DNA of 63,677 nucleotides, filler included, from Octopus bimaculoides (lineage: Eukaryota), in assembly GCF_001194135.2 (NCBI RefSeq). It is 7 parts of 6 records of this genome, joined end to end, with 100 filler letters (N's around TTAATTAATTAA, not from the genome) between each part and the next. Parts side by side here need not be neighbours in the genome. Positions count along the whole stretch, not along the records: positions 40,374 to 52,793 come from NC_068982.1; positions 52,894 to 62,172 come from NC_068987.1; 5 more parts are not named here. One strand, written 5' to 3'. The position numbers were made by a program, and so were the translations under genes. Below are positions 48,303 through 62,041 of the stretch, piece by piece. The first letter of the stretch is position 1, and every line of letters starts with the position of its first letter. A model generated the notes under the pieces. That model ran no database searches and was not told where the DNA came from. It saw only the letters and a program-made list of their open reading frames with translations.

Positions 48303-48588
48303 GTAAAGACTTGTCTGTCATCTACCAATTGTGCTTAATTGATACTATTCTGCTTAAAATCGGGACAAATTTCAAATCCCGGTGCTAGTCGAAAGAAAAC
48401 TACAAATATAATACTTTTAAAAAGGCGGTGCTCCAGCATGACCGCAGTCAAACACTGAAACAAGTAAATAAAAGAATATATATATATATATATTAAATTT
48501 AATATAAGGTAGCAAAAATTATAAGCATTTTTTCCCCTACCAGTGGCCTGGTATGCATACAAAGTCAATAGACATATTTTTCATATAC

Positions 48589-48791
48589 AAATTAGTGTAC
48601 ATTTAAAAACAAAAGAGGCGAGCCCTTAAACAGGTTGCCTAACATACTAGAAAGAACAGTGAAATGTTTTTATTTTTCATTCCCTTCGAAATTGCTTTTA
48701 ACTGTGGTTTGGACTTTTTAACTGTTCTTTCTAGTATGTTAGACAACCTATCTAATGGCTCGCCTCTTTGTGTTTAAATGTACACTAATTT
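48589..48791. mobile_element. Hairpin MITE with ~72-bp TIRs
   Basis: aaattagtgtacatttaaa...tagaaagaacagt mirrored by actgttctttcta...tttaaatgtacactaattt. Confidence 0.85.
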
Positions 48792-49344
48792 ATATATATA
48801 CATGTGTGTGTGAGTGTGTGTGTGTGTTTGTGTGTCTGTGTGTGCATGTGTGTGTNNNNNNNNNNTATATATATATATATATATATATCAGTATGTATGT
48901 GTATGTGTGAGTGTATAAAATTCCATTTAGGTTGTAACCTTGGTTGGCAGGGGTAGGTCAATATATCCTTCACTTGCCGGAATAGATGTATGATTCTGGT
49001 TCTGGAGACACTAAGCTATCTTATATATGTTATTTATTTATTTTCCTCGTATCCTTTTGTTCTCTTAGGTTCATCCTAATCCTTGACCGGATCATTCGGA
49101 TTTGTCGCTTTTGGATATTTATTTCTTGTTTAAACTATTATATACGTTAATGAAATGATAAAAAAACATCTTCAACGAAGCGTTTATATTCAGTGAAACA
49201 CATATAACCTAATGAATCGATAATTTCCAGTATTGGTACGATAATATCAATATGATGCAGTCTCTCCTTCAGGTCCACTTCCATATCTCATGACTGGGAT
49301 TCATGTAGCAAGCCATGTGTCTTTTTTAATGACTGGACTCTCCT

Positions 49345-49569
49345 CTTGTTTCACGAAATTAATTGCTGCAGATGATTTCCCTCGTAATGATGTCACTTGA
49401 CCCTTTCCTGCTTCGGAATGCGAGCAAGTGTTGCAGTCACTCTATCATGGCACCGCTTGTGTCGTCTTTGGAAAAGGGCTATTCTGCATCCTGCCAAGCT
49501 GAGTGTCCGTGTGCCCCTTTCTCACAAAGTCTGTACACCTGGTTCTCCCTCAAACCCCATCTGTGCAGC

Positions 49570-49570
<1 letters not shown>
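49345..49570 (-). mobile_element. HERO/NeSL-like RLE LINE zinc-finger remnant
   Basis: LHRWGLRENQVYRLCEKG then (frameshift) QRRHKRCHDRVTATLA, resembling L.RWGL.E..C.LC...GRY.WRHD.VL. Confidence 0.5.
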
Positions 49571-49602
<32 letters not shown>

Positions 49603-49765
49603 TTGTGTTTGTGTGTGTGTGTGTTTGTGTGAGTAATTATCTGACACTTGTGTTTTGAACCCTGGCAGTCAGCAGCTGGTCTTAAAAGTCATCCAAGAGC
49701 TCATCAGCGGAGTGATTGTGCTGTGTGATGGGGTGTAGTGTGTGGGTGTTGATGGGGACGGTTCA

Positions 49766-50439
49766 AGACACACCGGACCGACTTGCCCGAGATGCGGTCC
49801 AATCGACTAGACCGTTCTGCACACACTTATGCAGTGTCCAACCATTTCGGACCTGTGGGCTTATGCCGAACGGCTGCTGTCACGTGTGGGACGAATTCGG
49901 TTGTAGGTTGAGTCATTCAGGAAAATTGCTCCGCCATCTTCCTTTACTCGAGATGGTAAGGCAGTCTTCATTGTTCTGGTGGCCATGGTGAAAGAATGTG
50001 TGTGGTGGACTCTTTGGCCAATCGCTCATCAACTTTTCAAGTACCACATGAAAAGGAAGGTGAGAATAGAGATGCATGTTTTGTTTCATGAAAGATACAA
50101 TAAAAGGTGGGTGAATGTAGCAAAAATGGTACGCGCGAATGACAAAGCCACTTTGAGCATGATCCTGTAAATTATTTTCCTCTCTGCCTGAGGTTACTGT
50201 GGTCTTTTTCGAGGACTTTTCTTTCCACGGATAAACCTAATCAGTTTTTTTTACAATCTTTGCCTTTTTCTGTGATACGCGATCCCTTTTGATCGTTTAT
50301 TTTTTATAAACGATCCCTTTTGATCAAAAATTTATTTTCTCCCTTTTTTTTCTATTTTCTTCCTTTTCTTTCGAAAAGAAAAGCTCTACATTGTATTTTG
50401 TCCCCTCTGTGTTCGGCCCTGTGTGGCTAATAATGAAAG
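49766..50439 (+). mobile_element. Tx1/L1-clade LINE 3' end: ORF2 zinc finger, C-terminus and 3' UTR
   Basis: CPRCGPID*TVLHTLMQCPTISDLW (C-x2-C..H..C), continuing in frame to SMIL* at 50170, then a T-rich UTR ending aagctctacattgtattttgtccc...ctaataatgaaag. Confidence 0.8.
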
Positions 50440-50897
50440 TTATCATCTCTCAAGATCATGAAGCAATCATTATTATATGTATATTTATATATAGCAGTAA
50501 ATAAATGGTTTGCATTCAGTCATCTAAATTCGACCTCTGCAGGCAAAATAAATCCCTGTTTTCCCATTTGTCTATATACACGGTTTGCACCTTTCTGGGG
50601 GTGACTAAGCAGTTTCGTCTCTCCATCATCGATAAAATATGTATGAGAATACTTGGATTATATATCGATTAATTCCAGCATCTAAAAATTCCTACCCCGT
50701 CTCCACCCTTTCGAAATTCATGGCATCGAACCAACTGAAACAATACAAAAATCGATATTGCTTCTTTACTTTTGTAAAATATTCAGAAATATAGAGAGAA
50801 ATCATGTATTGAGCAGTTTGGAGAGATAGGGAAACGGACTTGAATGTTTTTTGTTGATATGAACTTATTTTCTTTTTTTCTGTGTTTTTTTTTTTAG

Positions 50898-50939
50898 ATA
50901 ATTAAGAATGGAAAAAGACGTCAGCTTTCGTACGATTTA
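50898..50939 (+). CDS. Weak candidate 42-nt exon
   Basis: Strong poly-T acceptor tttttttttag|, donor TTA|gtaggg, frame IIKNGKRRQLSYDL. Confidence 0.2.
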
Positions 50940-51075
50940 GTAGGGAAAAAATGGTTAACCCGCTAGAATTGTATAGACATTCTAGTGAAAAGGTTTTCAT
51001 GACATTGTTAGATAATCGTTAATAGCAAGAGAGAAATACATACATACACACACGCGCACGTACACACATACACAC

Positions 51076-51114
<39 letters not shown>

Positions 51115-51720
51115 GCATACGTGTACGTATATGTACGTATATATGCACATATATACACACACATGTATATGCAAATAAATATATGAACACAAGTCTATAT
51201 ATATGTATATAAGTACGCGTGCACGCACGCACATATATGTATATATATNNNNNNNNNNNNNNNNNNNNNNNNNNNNNNNNNNNNNNNNNNNNNNNNNNNN
51301 NNNNNNNNNNNNNNNNNNNNNNNATATATATATATATATATATATACTAGATTTTTCTTTTCACTTTTATTGAGTCATTTTATTTTTTTGAATGTGGATA
51401 TATATTTGACATTATAAGGACGACTGTGTAAGAATGTAAGTATGCATATATATATATATATGTGTGTGTGATTGTGTGTGTTTGTGTGTTTGTGTGTGTG
51501 TGTATTTGTGTGAGTATGATATGGTATACATATGGTATAGTATATATATATATATATATGCTATGATATATATATATCATACCGTATCATGTATGCGTAT
51601 GTGTATATATATATATGTGTGTGTATATACGCAGATGTATTGACATACATATATATATATATATGCATGTAAACACAAACATAAATATATAGTATAGATA
51701 CATATTTATGTCTGTATATA

Positions 51721-51755
<35 letters not shown>

Positions 51756-52137
51756 NNNNNNNNNNNNNNNNNNNNNNNNNNNNNNNNNNNNNNNNNNNNN
51801 NNNNNNNNNNNNNNNNNNNNNNNNNNNNNNNNNNNNNNNNNNNNNNNNNNNNNNNNNNNNNNNNNNNNNNNNNNNNNNNNNNNNNNNNNNNNNNNNNNNN
51901 NNNNNNNNNNNNNNNNNNNNNNNNNNNNNNNNNNNNNNNNNNNNNNNNNNNNNNNNNNNNNNNNNNNNNNNNNNNNNNNNNNNNNNNNNNNNNNNNNNNN
52001 NNNNNNNNNNNNNNNNNNNNNNNNNNNNNNNNNNNNNNNNNNNNNNNNNNNNNNNNNNNNNNNNNNNNNNNNNNNNNNNNNNNNNNNNNNNNNNNNNNNN
52101 NNNNNNNNNNNNNNNNNNNNNNNNNNNNNNNNNNNNN

Positions 52138-52178
<41 letters not shown>

Positions 52179-52620
52179 CGTATATATGTAAGTATGTACA
52201 TATACGTATGTATAGATGCATATATATATATTATTTATATTAATATAGATAGATATATATATGTATATGTATGTATATGTGTATGTATGTATAAAATGAA
52301 TGGTTCCTACCTAGGAGCTTGCTGGTAAAGCACGGCCGCTTTCAAGTGTTATGTATTTGGTTAATGAGAAACGGAATATAGAAGATACGAGAATTTCGAA
52401 TAATCACTTCATCCATCTAGCATCCATCCCTTACGAGTGGGATACGTAACAACTTGGTTCAGGAGCACGCTTACATGCATGCACACACAAACACATACAT
52501 ACATACATACATACATGCATACATACATACATACATACATGCACACACACATACATAAACGCATACACACATACATTCATATATATATTTGTACTCACGC
52601 AAACACACACATGTACGTAT

Positions 52621-52790
52621 AGGCGCAGAAGTGGCTGTGTGGTGAGTAGCCTGCTTCCCAACCACATGGTTCGGGGTTCAGTCCCACTGCGTGGCACCTT
52701 GGGCAAGTTTCTTCTACTATAGTCTCGGGCCGACCAAATCTTTGAGAGTGGATTTGGTAGACGGAAACTCGACGGAAGCCCGTCGTATAT
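52621..52790 (+). mobile_element. SINE B 5' half, cut by the scaffold end at its internal (TA)n
   Basis: aggcgcagaagtggctgtgtgg...gaagcccgtcg(ta)n. Confidence 0.9.
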
Positions 52791-52793
52791 ATA

Positions 52794-52893
52794 NNNNNNN
52801 NNNNNNNNNNNNNNNNNNNNNNNNNNNNNNNNNNNNNTTAATTAATTAANNNNNNNNNNNNNNNNNNNNNNNNNNNNNNNNNNNNNNNNNNNN
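52794..52893. other. Artificial scaffold joint
   Basis: TTAATTAATTAA at 52838-52849 within N runs. Confidence 0.97.
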
Positions 52894-53272
52894 ATGTGTG
52901 TGTGTGTGTGTATGTGTGTGTGTGTGTGTGTGTGTATGTATATATGGCCGCTGGCCCAGTCACTCGAAAATATCACTGCATATCGCTGCGTATGTATATA
53001 CCATGCATACATGGATTTACATACAATATATACTTACATACCGACATACATATATATGTACAAGCATACAATCATACATGCATACATAATCATTTATTAT
53101 TTTACGGATTCAGAAGTTTGGACAGTAAATATGAAATATCCTTTAAGCATTCGTATTGATAACACACCTGTGTCTCCTATTTTAAAATCAAACTGATATG
53201 CACTTTCGCCACAACATAGCAAGTGAATACACCAACTGAATCTTTGTCAACGCATTATTTTATATCTCTATA

Positions 53273-53475
53273 AGGCGGCGAGCTGGCAGAATCGTTAGCA
53301 CGCCGTGAAAAATGTTTAGCGGTATTTCGTCTGCCGCTACGTTCAAATCCGCCGGGGTCGACTTTGCCTTTCATCTTTCGGGATCGATAAATTAAGTAGC
53401 AGTTGAGTACTGGGGTCGATGTAATTAACGGCCCCTCCACCCAATTTCAGGCCTTGTGCCTAGAGTAGAAAGGAA
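53273..53475 (+). mobile_element. SINE family A
   Basis: aaggcggcgagctggcagaatcgttagcacgccg...ggccttgtgcctagagtagaaagg. Confidence 0.9.
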
Positions 53476-53972
53476 CATTTGTATTTGTGTACCATTTCTC
53501 CGCTTTTTTTTTGTCCGTCCATCTTTTCGTATACATTCGCTGCTTTCTTCCAAGGAATCTAGTGCTCTTGGCTTAGATTTTCCTTGGGGCAGGCTAGATT
53601 GGAGCAATCTCGAGTATAACCAGCCAGGTTTTTTCTTGTTCATTTTTTGGTATCAGCTGTCTGGATGATTTGCATTCTTGTCCCATTTTTTTGTATTTTT
53701 TTAAAAAGTACATATATACAATATTGTTCCACAGAGCTTCCATGCACTAGCTTTAACTCACAACCCACCGGTCAAATCTATTCCGCGGTTAATTAAACCT
53801 CCCCAAGTCAATGCCCATTGAGATCGATTCTAGAACCGCAAGTCAATATCCATTTTCATGGAAGTGAAAGCCGTTAGCCATATGTCTATGACTGCAACCA
53901 TCCACATACATATAGGTGTGTCAGTGTGTGTATGTGTGTGCACGCGTGAGAGTTCACGTATATATATGTATT

Positions 53973-54019
<47 letters not shown>

Positions 54020-54066
54020 ATATATACACACGAATGCAGACACGCACGTACATATATTTATAAAGT

Positions 54067-54110
<44 letters not shown>

Positions 54111-54229
54111 TAAATAAATAGATAGATAATTAGATAGATAGATAGATAGATAGATACATTCATACTCATAAACATCTATACGGATAAATGTATTCATATT
54201 TGTATGTATATATGTGTGCNNNNNNNNNN

Positions 54230-54270
<41 letters not shown>

Positions 54271-54368
54271 CATTCATACTCACAAACATCTATACGGATA
54301 AATGTATTCATATTTGTATGTATATATGTGTGCGTATGTATACACATATATACATACATAAACATATA

Positions 54369-54412
<44 letters not shown>

Positions 54413-54851
54413 TGTGTGAGTGAGTGAGTGTGTGTGTATATGTGTATTGATATTCGTCACTTTGCTGACAGCAAGATACTAAAATTATACATTTAAATTG
54501 TTGGTGTATTTAGAATGATACATTTAATTTAATATAAAACATATTCACTTAAAATACAAAGTGTCACTGAAAGAATTAAAAAGTTGTTAACTTTACGTCC
54601 ATTTTGATTATATTATATCAGGCGCTTCTTAATTGTGTAAATTATTGAACTTTACTTTTGTGTCTCTTATTAAACGAAAGCTTAACAAATAAACTTTTAT
54701 TACCGTCTAAATAAAAACGGTTACTTAAAGTATATTTATTTCATATTCTGCAGACTCTGTATATATGATGTGTAATACACACCCACACATATAATGTATG
54801 TATATATATATATATATGCATTTATAGATTAATATACATACACACATACAG

Positions 54852-54884
<33 letters not shown>

Positions 54885-56079
54885 NNNNNNNNNNNNNNNN
54901 NNNNNNNNNNNNNNNNNNNNNNNNNNNNNNNNNNNNNNNNNNNNNNNNNNNNNNNNNNNNNNNNNNNNNNNNNNNNNNNNNNNNNNNNNNNNNNNNNNNN
55001 NNNNNNNNNNNNNNNNNNNNNNNNNNNNNNNNNNNNNNNNNNNNNNNNNNNNNNNNNNNNNNNNNNNNNNNNNNNNNNNNNNNNNNNNNNNNNNNNNNNN
55101 NNNNNNNNNNNNNNNNNNNNNNNNNNNNNNNNNNNNNNNNNNNNNNNNNNNNNNNNNNNNNNNNNNNNNNNNNNNNNNNNNNNNNNNNNNNNNNNNNNNN
55201 NNNNNNNNNNNNNNNNNNNNNNNNNNNNNNNNNNNNNNNNNNNNNNNNNNNNNNNNNNNNNNNNNNNNNNNNNNNNNNNNNNNNNNNNNNNNNNNNNNNN
55301 NNNNNNNNNNNATTTAGGTTAGTTGAAATATGCTTGTCACATATTTCAGCTGCTAAAAGGCAAATACACTGCATATATATATCATATATATACACACACA
55401 CTTATATATACATACATATATACATATATATGTATATGCATAAATACACACACACACACACACACACACACGCCCGTGGACTCCTACATAATATTCCTAA
55501 TTTTTGTTCAGTTTTCATAGTAATTTAACCCAATCCCTGATTTAAGGGAAGCTTAACTGCTATTTTTAAAGAGTCGATTGATCACGTAAAACCTCTTCCG
55601 TCTTTGAATATGTGTTTGTAAGTGACACTTGTGACAGCCGATGAATATCAAAATAAGAAGATAACATAACTTGAAAACATCATTAGTGCAAAATTTCATT
55701 GAAACTCCCCTGTTCTTCATGAAAGTCGTAAATTATTAATTTTAGTAAATGATTTTTATAAACGATAAGAAATGTTTACATGATATTGATATATATTTTT
55801 TAAAAATTCACTATTGTATTTCAATGAATATTTAAGTGAAATACAATATACTTATCTTTCAAACTGCACAATCGTCTCTTTATTGACTAAAGGGTTTCGT
55901 GAAATAATTTATCCTCTTCAAAAATAAATTGCTTGAAGTGGTAGTTGGAACTGCATTCAATAAATGGAATTAGATTTATAGTAAATCTTTCACTGCTTTT
56001 ATAGCTTTTCTCTTTCTTTTTCTCAGTTACCCTACCTTTACTATTTAACCTTTCTTCACAGCGTCTGAGGGTATATTAC

Positions 56080-56247
56080 CGAATAGTCTCTTTGCGGCCA
56101 TTTTTTACGGTGGTACGTACAGAAGTAATATTTAACCACAATTCGTTTGAATTCAATAAACAAACTGAATAAAACTGCATTTTCTTTTCGTTTCTCCAAA
56201 TAACTTGTAATTCACCTTCTATTGTGATGGACAGAGAAACATGGCTT
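56080..56247 (-). CDS. Weak candidate 168-nt symmetric exon
   Basis: tctatag| acceptor, TCG|gtaata donor, single open frame SHVSLSITIEGELQVIWRNEKKMQFYSVCLLNSNELWLNITSVRTTVKNGRKETI. Confidence 0.25.
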
Positions 56248-56676
56248 CTATAGATATATATTGAGAACATGAAACTATTGTTAGACCAATAGAAAATATA
56301 CTCAGTAATAATTTGTTCCTTCACCGTGAGGTCGAATCTTGTGAATAACTTCTAAGTACACACACGTAGCCACATATTATTTTTTCCGATTTAAAATTAT
56401 AGAATTCAAATCCTTTTTATATGGTTTCGTGAATTACCTCAGATTTTGTTGCCAATTCTATGCTCTGATGACTGACATTAAAATTTTTGGACTGGGTTTT
56501 ACTTTGTGTTTGTAATCACATATAAACTGATACGAGGCAGTTGCTAAGTATGATATCAAGTTTGCTTTGTTGATCGATGTACTATCTGCATTAGGCAATA
56601 TATACCGAAGATTGTTTTAGGCTAAAATTGGAAAATTGAAAGTATTACTCTCTAGTACGTACAACATTTTCCATAT

Positions 56677-56730
<54 letters not shown>

Positions 56731-58646
56731 ACACACACACACACATACACATACACACACACACACATATATATATATAAATATATATACACACATATAT
56801 ATATATACCTTTATGTATATATAATCTTATATACTTGTGTGTATTTTTACGTTGTTATGTATCATTTTCCTGTATATAATTTCATTATTTATAAATGACA
56901 AAATCGTTAGAGCAATAGACAAATTATTAGTATATTGCTGAATCTATTTATATTGTATTCAAACACTTATCTCGAGTATATTTTGTAGTATTTCAACGGC
57001 AATACCATTCAATTTCTGGTGGTCAATTAATTCCTCTCCACCCTTCCTCAAAATTGTTCGCGGTGTACCAATGTTAAAAATGATTAATGATTGGTTACAA
57101 AAGACAATGATCAGTCTTGAGACCAATAAAGTTCCGCACTAAGTGTACCGCATTATGTGTTTCGTGATCTCGGCTCTGAACTTTAAGTACTGAAGCGGGC
57201 GATTTTCTCATTTCGTTTCTCTTCAGTAGACAAAACAAGTAAACATGTCCTTTCAATAGATTTTACAATAATCTGACAAATATTTTGTTGTACAGTGGCT
57301 AATCAAACGAAATTGACTTTTATATCTGGCACATTGACTAGTACTAATTTATTGAACTTGAAGAGATGAAAGATAAAGTTCTCTTGGGTGGGATACGAAT
57401 TAATAGCGGAATGACATGAAAGTAAACACTACAAGGTATTTACTACGATATTAATTGGCTACTAGAGTCATGTGATGTAGACAAAGACGGAAGTTTTTAA
57501 CTATCCGAATTTGCAACCGGGTATCCGTTTGGCTTGCTTAATTTGTTAATATCCTTAGATTTCTTATATAGTACAGAGTTCAAAAACTACTAATAAATAC
57601 GCTATAATGCAGTAATATGAAATTGAATTAGACACTATTAGAACAGTCACCATCAGACTGTTTCCCGTTCACGCTTCAGATTTTGAGACATTTTTTTGTT
57701 ATTTATGAAGTGGTATTTCATATCTACAGTGAAAAACACTCCAGCCGTGACAACCCTGTGGTGTAATTTAAAAGAGGTTTGTTTCTTACCGATGGCAGAT
57801 GAAACCTATCATGTGTCTGTATGCCTGAGTTCAAATTCTACAGATGTCAGATTCGCCATTCATCCTTATAGATCCACTGCAAGGCAGCGGCTTGGTTAAA
57901 CATTAATCCGAAACAGTCGATCAGTTTGTGGATTGCCATTCCAAAAAGGTAAATCCATGCCGTCCAGCAGTGTCGTAGGAGCTGATTCGACTGGATCTCA
58001 AGATTGACAGAAAATGAAACGCGGTTGCGAGGATATTGGAAAAACTCTCCTACAAATAAGTGGAGAAGGAACCAACATTGAAAGGTTGGGTCGATATAGT
58101 TTCTTATATTGCCATTACCATAGTTTATTTACTAAGTATTGTTCCATTTCCCAGTTTTTGTCTGACTGGATTGAAACGTCTGCTCTTCCGCTTGTTGTAG
58201 AAATATCACGCTTCATTACTAGAGATGTCCATGCAGGGTGTAGAATGCCGTGGCTGTTGACGCACCGAGAACCGTTGAGGCTGTGATATCTGCATTGTTT
58301 TCTAGACGGTGAGAAAGTTTGGTCTTCGTTAGTAAGAAATGACACACCTGAGTCAAACAAATACTAATCACAATTACCTGGCTTCTAGAAACTTCAGCAG
58401 ATTCTCACTGCCTCCTACCAGTGGAAGTTCCAGGCCAGCAATCTACACATAAATACTGACGGAGAAAACGACATCGTTCTTGGGAAACATCTAGGGGTGA
58501 ACGAGATTGAACCGGGTGGTCTGATCTGGAGAACTATCCATAAATTATGGATAAATTCCATTTGTCATATCACCAGCCAAAACGTCGGAAGATACAACTG
58601 GTTCGGGATAAATTCTCTTAGATGCGCGCGAAACGGGAGTAATTGT

Positions 58647-58851
58647 TACGAGGAGATGTTAAATAGTCTCAGTCTTTTGGTAAAAGAAAATAAAGGAGGA
58701 TCAGTTAATTATGATTTTATTCAACATATTCCCCTCTCAGACTCACACACTTGTTGCAGCGCTCCTTCAGTTTTCTAAACCCTGTAATAGAACTCGGAAG
58801 GTTCGGCTTCCGATACCTTTATAGCCAAGAACTTTTCAGCATCTCCTTGTA
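58647..58851 (-). mobile_element. Mariner-derived MITE, same family as 33166-33387
   Basis: Reverse complement shares ctgagaggggaatatgttgaataaaatcataattaactgatcctcct; TA flanks. Confidence 0.75.
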
Positions 58852-59089
58852 GACAGGAACCAGTTCACATTCTGGCCATTATGAGTCTGTACAGCTACAT
58901 CAGCTGTTGTATCAAATACGCTGAATTTGTCTAATGACTGTGATCAGTGTGGAAGTCATCCTAACATCCAACTATAACCGCGAATGGCCCGAACTTTCCC
59001 TCTTTCAAATATTTCTCGGAAAACGAGTTGAACGCGGAACGGGAGATGCTCCTGTCCAGTATACACTTTCGAGGAATATTCTTTTCTGC

Positions 59090-59360
59090 TCAAGGCACAA
59101 GGCCTGAAATTTTGGAGGAGAGGCAGTTGAATTGATCTACTCTACTACACAACTGGTACTTAATTTATCGACCCCGAAAGAATGAAAGGCAAAGTCGACC
59201 TCGGCGGAATTTGAACTCAGAACGTAGCGGCAGACGAAATACTGCTAAGCATTCCGCCCGGTGTGCTAACGTTTCTTATTTCCTTACTGCCCACGAGGGG
59301 CTAAACATAAAGGGAATAAATAAGGACAGACAAAGGGATTAAATCGATTACATTGACCCC
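59090..59360 (-). mobile_element. SINE A dimer (tail of unit 1 plus unit 2)
   Basis: Same ggaaataa|gaaacgttagcac junction as 34820-35240. Confidence 0.85.
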
Positions 59361-59420
59361 GAAGCAGTAGCAGCAGCAGAAGCAGTAGCAGCAGCAGCAG
59401 CAGTAGTAGTGGTAGTAGTA

Positions 59421-59472
<52 letters not shown>

Positions 59473-59491
59473 TAGTAGTGGTGGTGGCGGC

Positions 59492-59528
<37 letters not shown>

Positions 59529-59555
59529 TTGATGCCGTTGTTGTTGTTGCTGTTA
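59361..59555. repeat. (AGC)n/(AGT)n/(GTT)n compound microsatellite
   Basis: Directly visible. Confidence 0.95.
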
Positions 59556-60316
59556 CCACGTATTTCTGGGATGTCTGGACGACTGTCTGAAGCGAATGTT
59601 GAATAGTATTTGGATACTATATTAGTATTACTTTGTTTCGACATTTTGTTTCGTTGTCTCAAGTGCTATTTCAGTTCTTTCACCTTTGTGAGGAGTATTT
59701 ACAATATATATTATACTAATTTCTCATTGAGTAGTGTGTGCTAAAAGATTTATATTATGTTCTGACTTTGAGTTTGAGGATAGAGTATATGCTGTGTTTG
59801 CTTGCGTAGTATTCATAGTTTTCTACTGTAAAAGATGTGTAGCGAGTGAGGTGAATGATATGGGAATCGATTCCACTAGGATTTTCTTTTTATTTTATAT
59901 CACAGGAAGTGAATCGTATCGAGTATCTGTTGCATGAGATGTGTAATGTTATTGGCTGGTTATAGTACGCTGGTTATTGAAAATATATATGCTGTGTGCA
60001 CATAATGCACTATTTGGATTGTGCTATTAAGTTGACAGTGTTAGCTCAGGATATATGTTTTACCTGCAAAAGCATTTTAGATATTCATGTATTTATTCAT
60101 TTATTTATTTAGACTCTATGTTATATAGTGACTTGCACGATAGTTTCTATGGATTTGCGAATTTCTTTAAAAGATACCTGGAGTCCAAATTGCCAGTTGT
60201 ACATTTTTTTTAAAACTTCCATTCACTAGAACATGTTTTGACTTTTGTTTTGTTTCAGTTTAGTATATATATTTATTTAGTATATATATATGTGTGTGTC
60301 TGTGTGTATGAGTGTT

Positions 60317-60371
<55 letters not shown>

Positions 60372-60759
60372 NNNNNNNNNNNNNNNNNNNNNNNNNNNNN
60401 NNNNNNNNNNNNNNNNNNNNNNNNNNNNNNNNNNNNNNNNNNNNNNNNNNNNNNNNNNNNNNNNNNNNNNNNNNNNNNNNNNNNNNNNNNNNNNNNNNNN
60501 NNNNNNNNNNNNNNNNNNNNNNNNNNNNNNNNNNNNNNNNNNNNNNNNNNNNNNNNNNNNNNNNNNNNNNNNNNNNNNNNNNNNNNNNNNNNNNNNNNNN
60601 NNNNNNNNNNNNNNNNNNNNNNNNNNNNNNNNNNNNNNNNNNNNNNNNNNNNNNNNNNNNNNNNNNNNNNNNNNNNNNNNNNNNNNNNNNTATATATATA
60701 AAGGGAGAGATACTGAGATAGATAAATAAATTTATCGACAGACAGACAGACAGACAGAC

Positions 60760-60819
<60 letters not shown>

Positions 60820-61329
60820 GTGTTACAGTCCATGATTAGAAGGATCTGTGTGCTTTGATCTCGTTCTCCGTTTGCACAGGCATGTCCCAGATAATTCTGC
60901 CCAAGCCATTGTTAACTACCTTCTATCCTACATATCTACACCACTTTTATCAAATCTCTTTCCACTTCAAAGTGTTGATATATTGTTCAGTACTTATACC
61001 TACCGATTCTATAGTGCCATTGAAGATACTTGCAGTCTGCAATCACTGAGCATCACTGAGCATCCGAAAATAAGTTGTCTCATTATACGTAGTCTCCATT
61101 TTATATAAAGAATGTTTTCTCTTATTGTCATAGTTATGTAATTGCTTTTATCGAGGCATTGATTTCATGCTTTTAAAACCTTCTATTTCTGGCCGTAGCA
61201 CAAAGATTTAAAACCAGTGACAAGTGCACTTCCTTTCTGTCTAGTCTTGCGTCAGAATACCGTCTTGAATTTGTATTTCGTTGCGCAAACAGTTTTAGAT
61301 TATATGTCCGGAGCGATGAGGATTATAAC

Positions 61330-61635
61330 TGGCAGATACATTACCTCGCAGGATAAAATGCACAGCGGCATTGCGTCCTTCTTGACGTTCTGAGTTCACA
61401 TTCAGCGGAAATCGAGTTTTCCTTTCATCCTTTCGGAGTTGATAAAAGAAGTTCCAGTTAAGCACTGCGGCCAATATAATCGACTTAAACCCTCACTCGA
61501 AACTGCAGCCCTTGTGCAAAAATTTGAAACTATTATCATTATTATTACTAACATTAGTATTATCATTATTATTATTAATATTATAATTATTATTATTATT
61601 ATAATTATTATTACTATTATCATTATTATTATTAA

Positions 61636-61679
<44 letters not shown>

Positions 61680-61684
61680 GTAGC

Positions 61685-61731
<47 letters not shown>

Positions 61732-61735
61732 CCGT
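61330..61735 (+). mobile_element. Diverged SINE A with extended (ATT)n/(AGT)n tail
   Basis: ttctgagttcaca...tttcatcctttcggagttgataaa...gtgcaaaaatttgaaac, then microsatellite. Confidence 0.75.
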
Positions 61736-61990
61736 TCTCCGGGATTCATTCCAGAACGGGAATATACAATCTCAGATCCTTTTTAGCATTTTGCTTTCGC
61801 TTATTTTCTCTCACTATAACAACTACATTATCTAAATACCATCTATTATTTCCTGACAGGCAAACAAGCGCNNNNNNNNNNNNNNNNNNNNNNNNNNNNN
61901 NNNNNNNNNNNNNNNNNNNNNNNNNNNNNNNNNNNNNNNNNNNNNNNNNNNNNNNNNNNNNNNNNNNNNNNCCCTTCTGTCTGTTCGCAG

Positions 61991-62041
61991 TATGACATAT
62001 TTTGGTACGTGTACTTCTGCACCCTCTATATCAGGGCTGAG
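61991..62041 (+). CDS. Candidate 51-nt symmetric exon
   Basis: cccttctgtctgttcgcag| acceptor and GAG|gtgagt near-consensus donor; frames YDIFWYVYFCTLYIRAE or MTYFGTCTSAPSISGL are open. Confidence 0.45.

Noticed and set aside
60848-61108. 86-aa ORF or exon
   Set aside because: Ambiguous frames, no donor and no recognisable motif.
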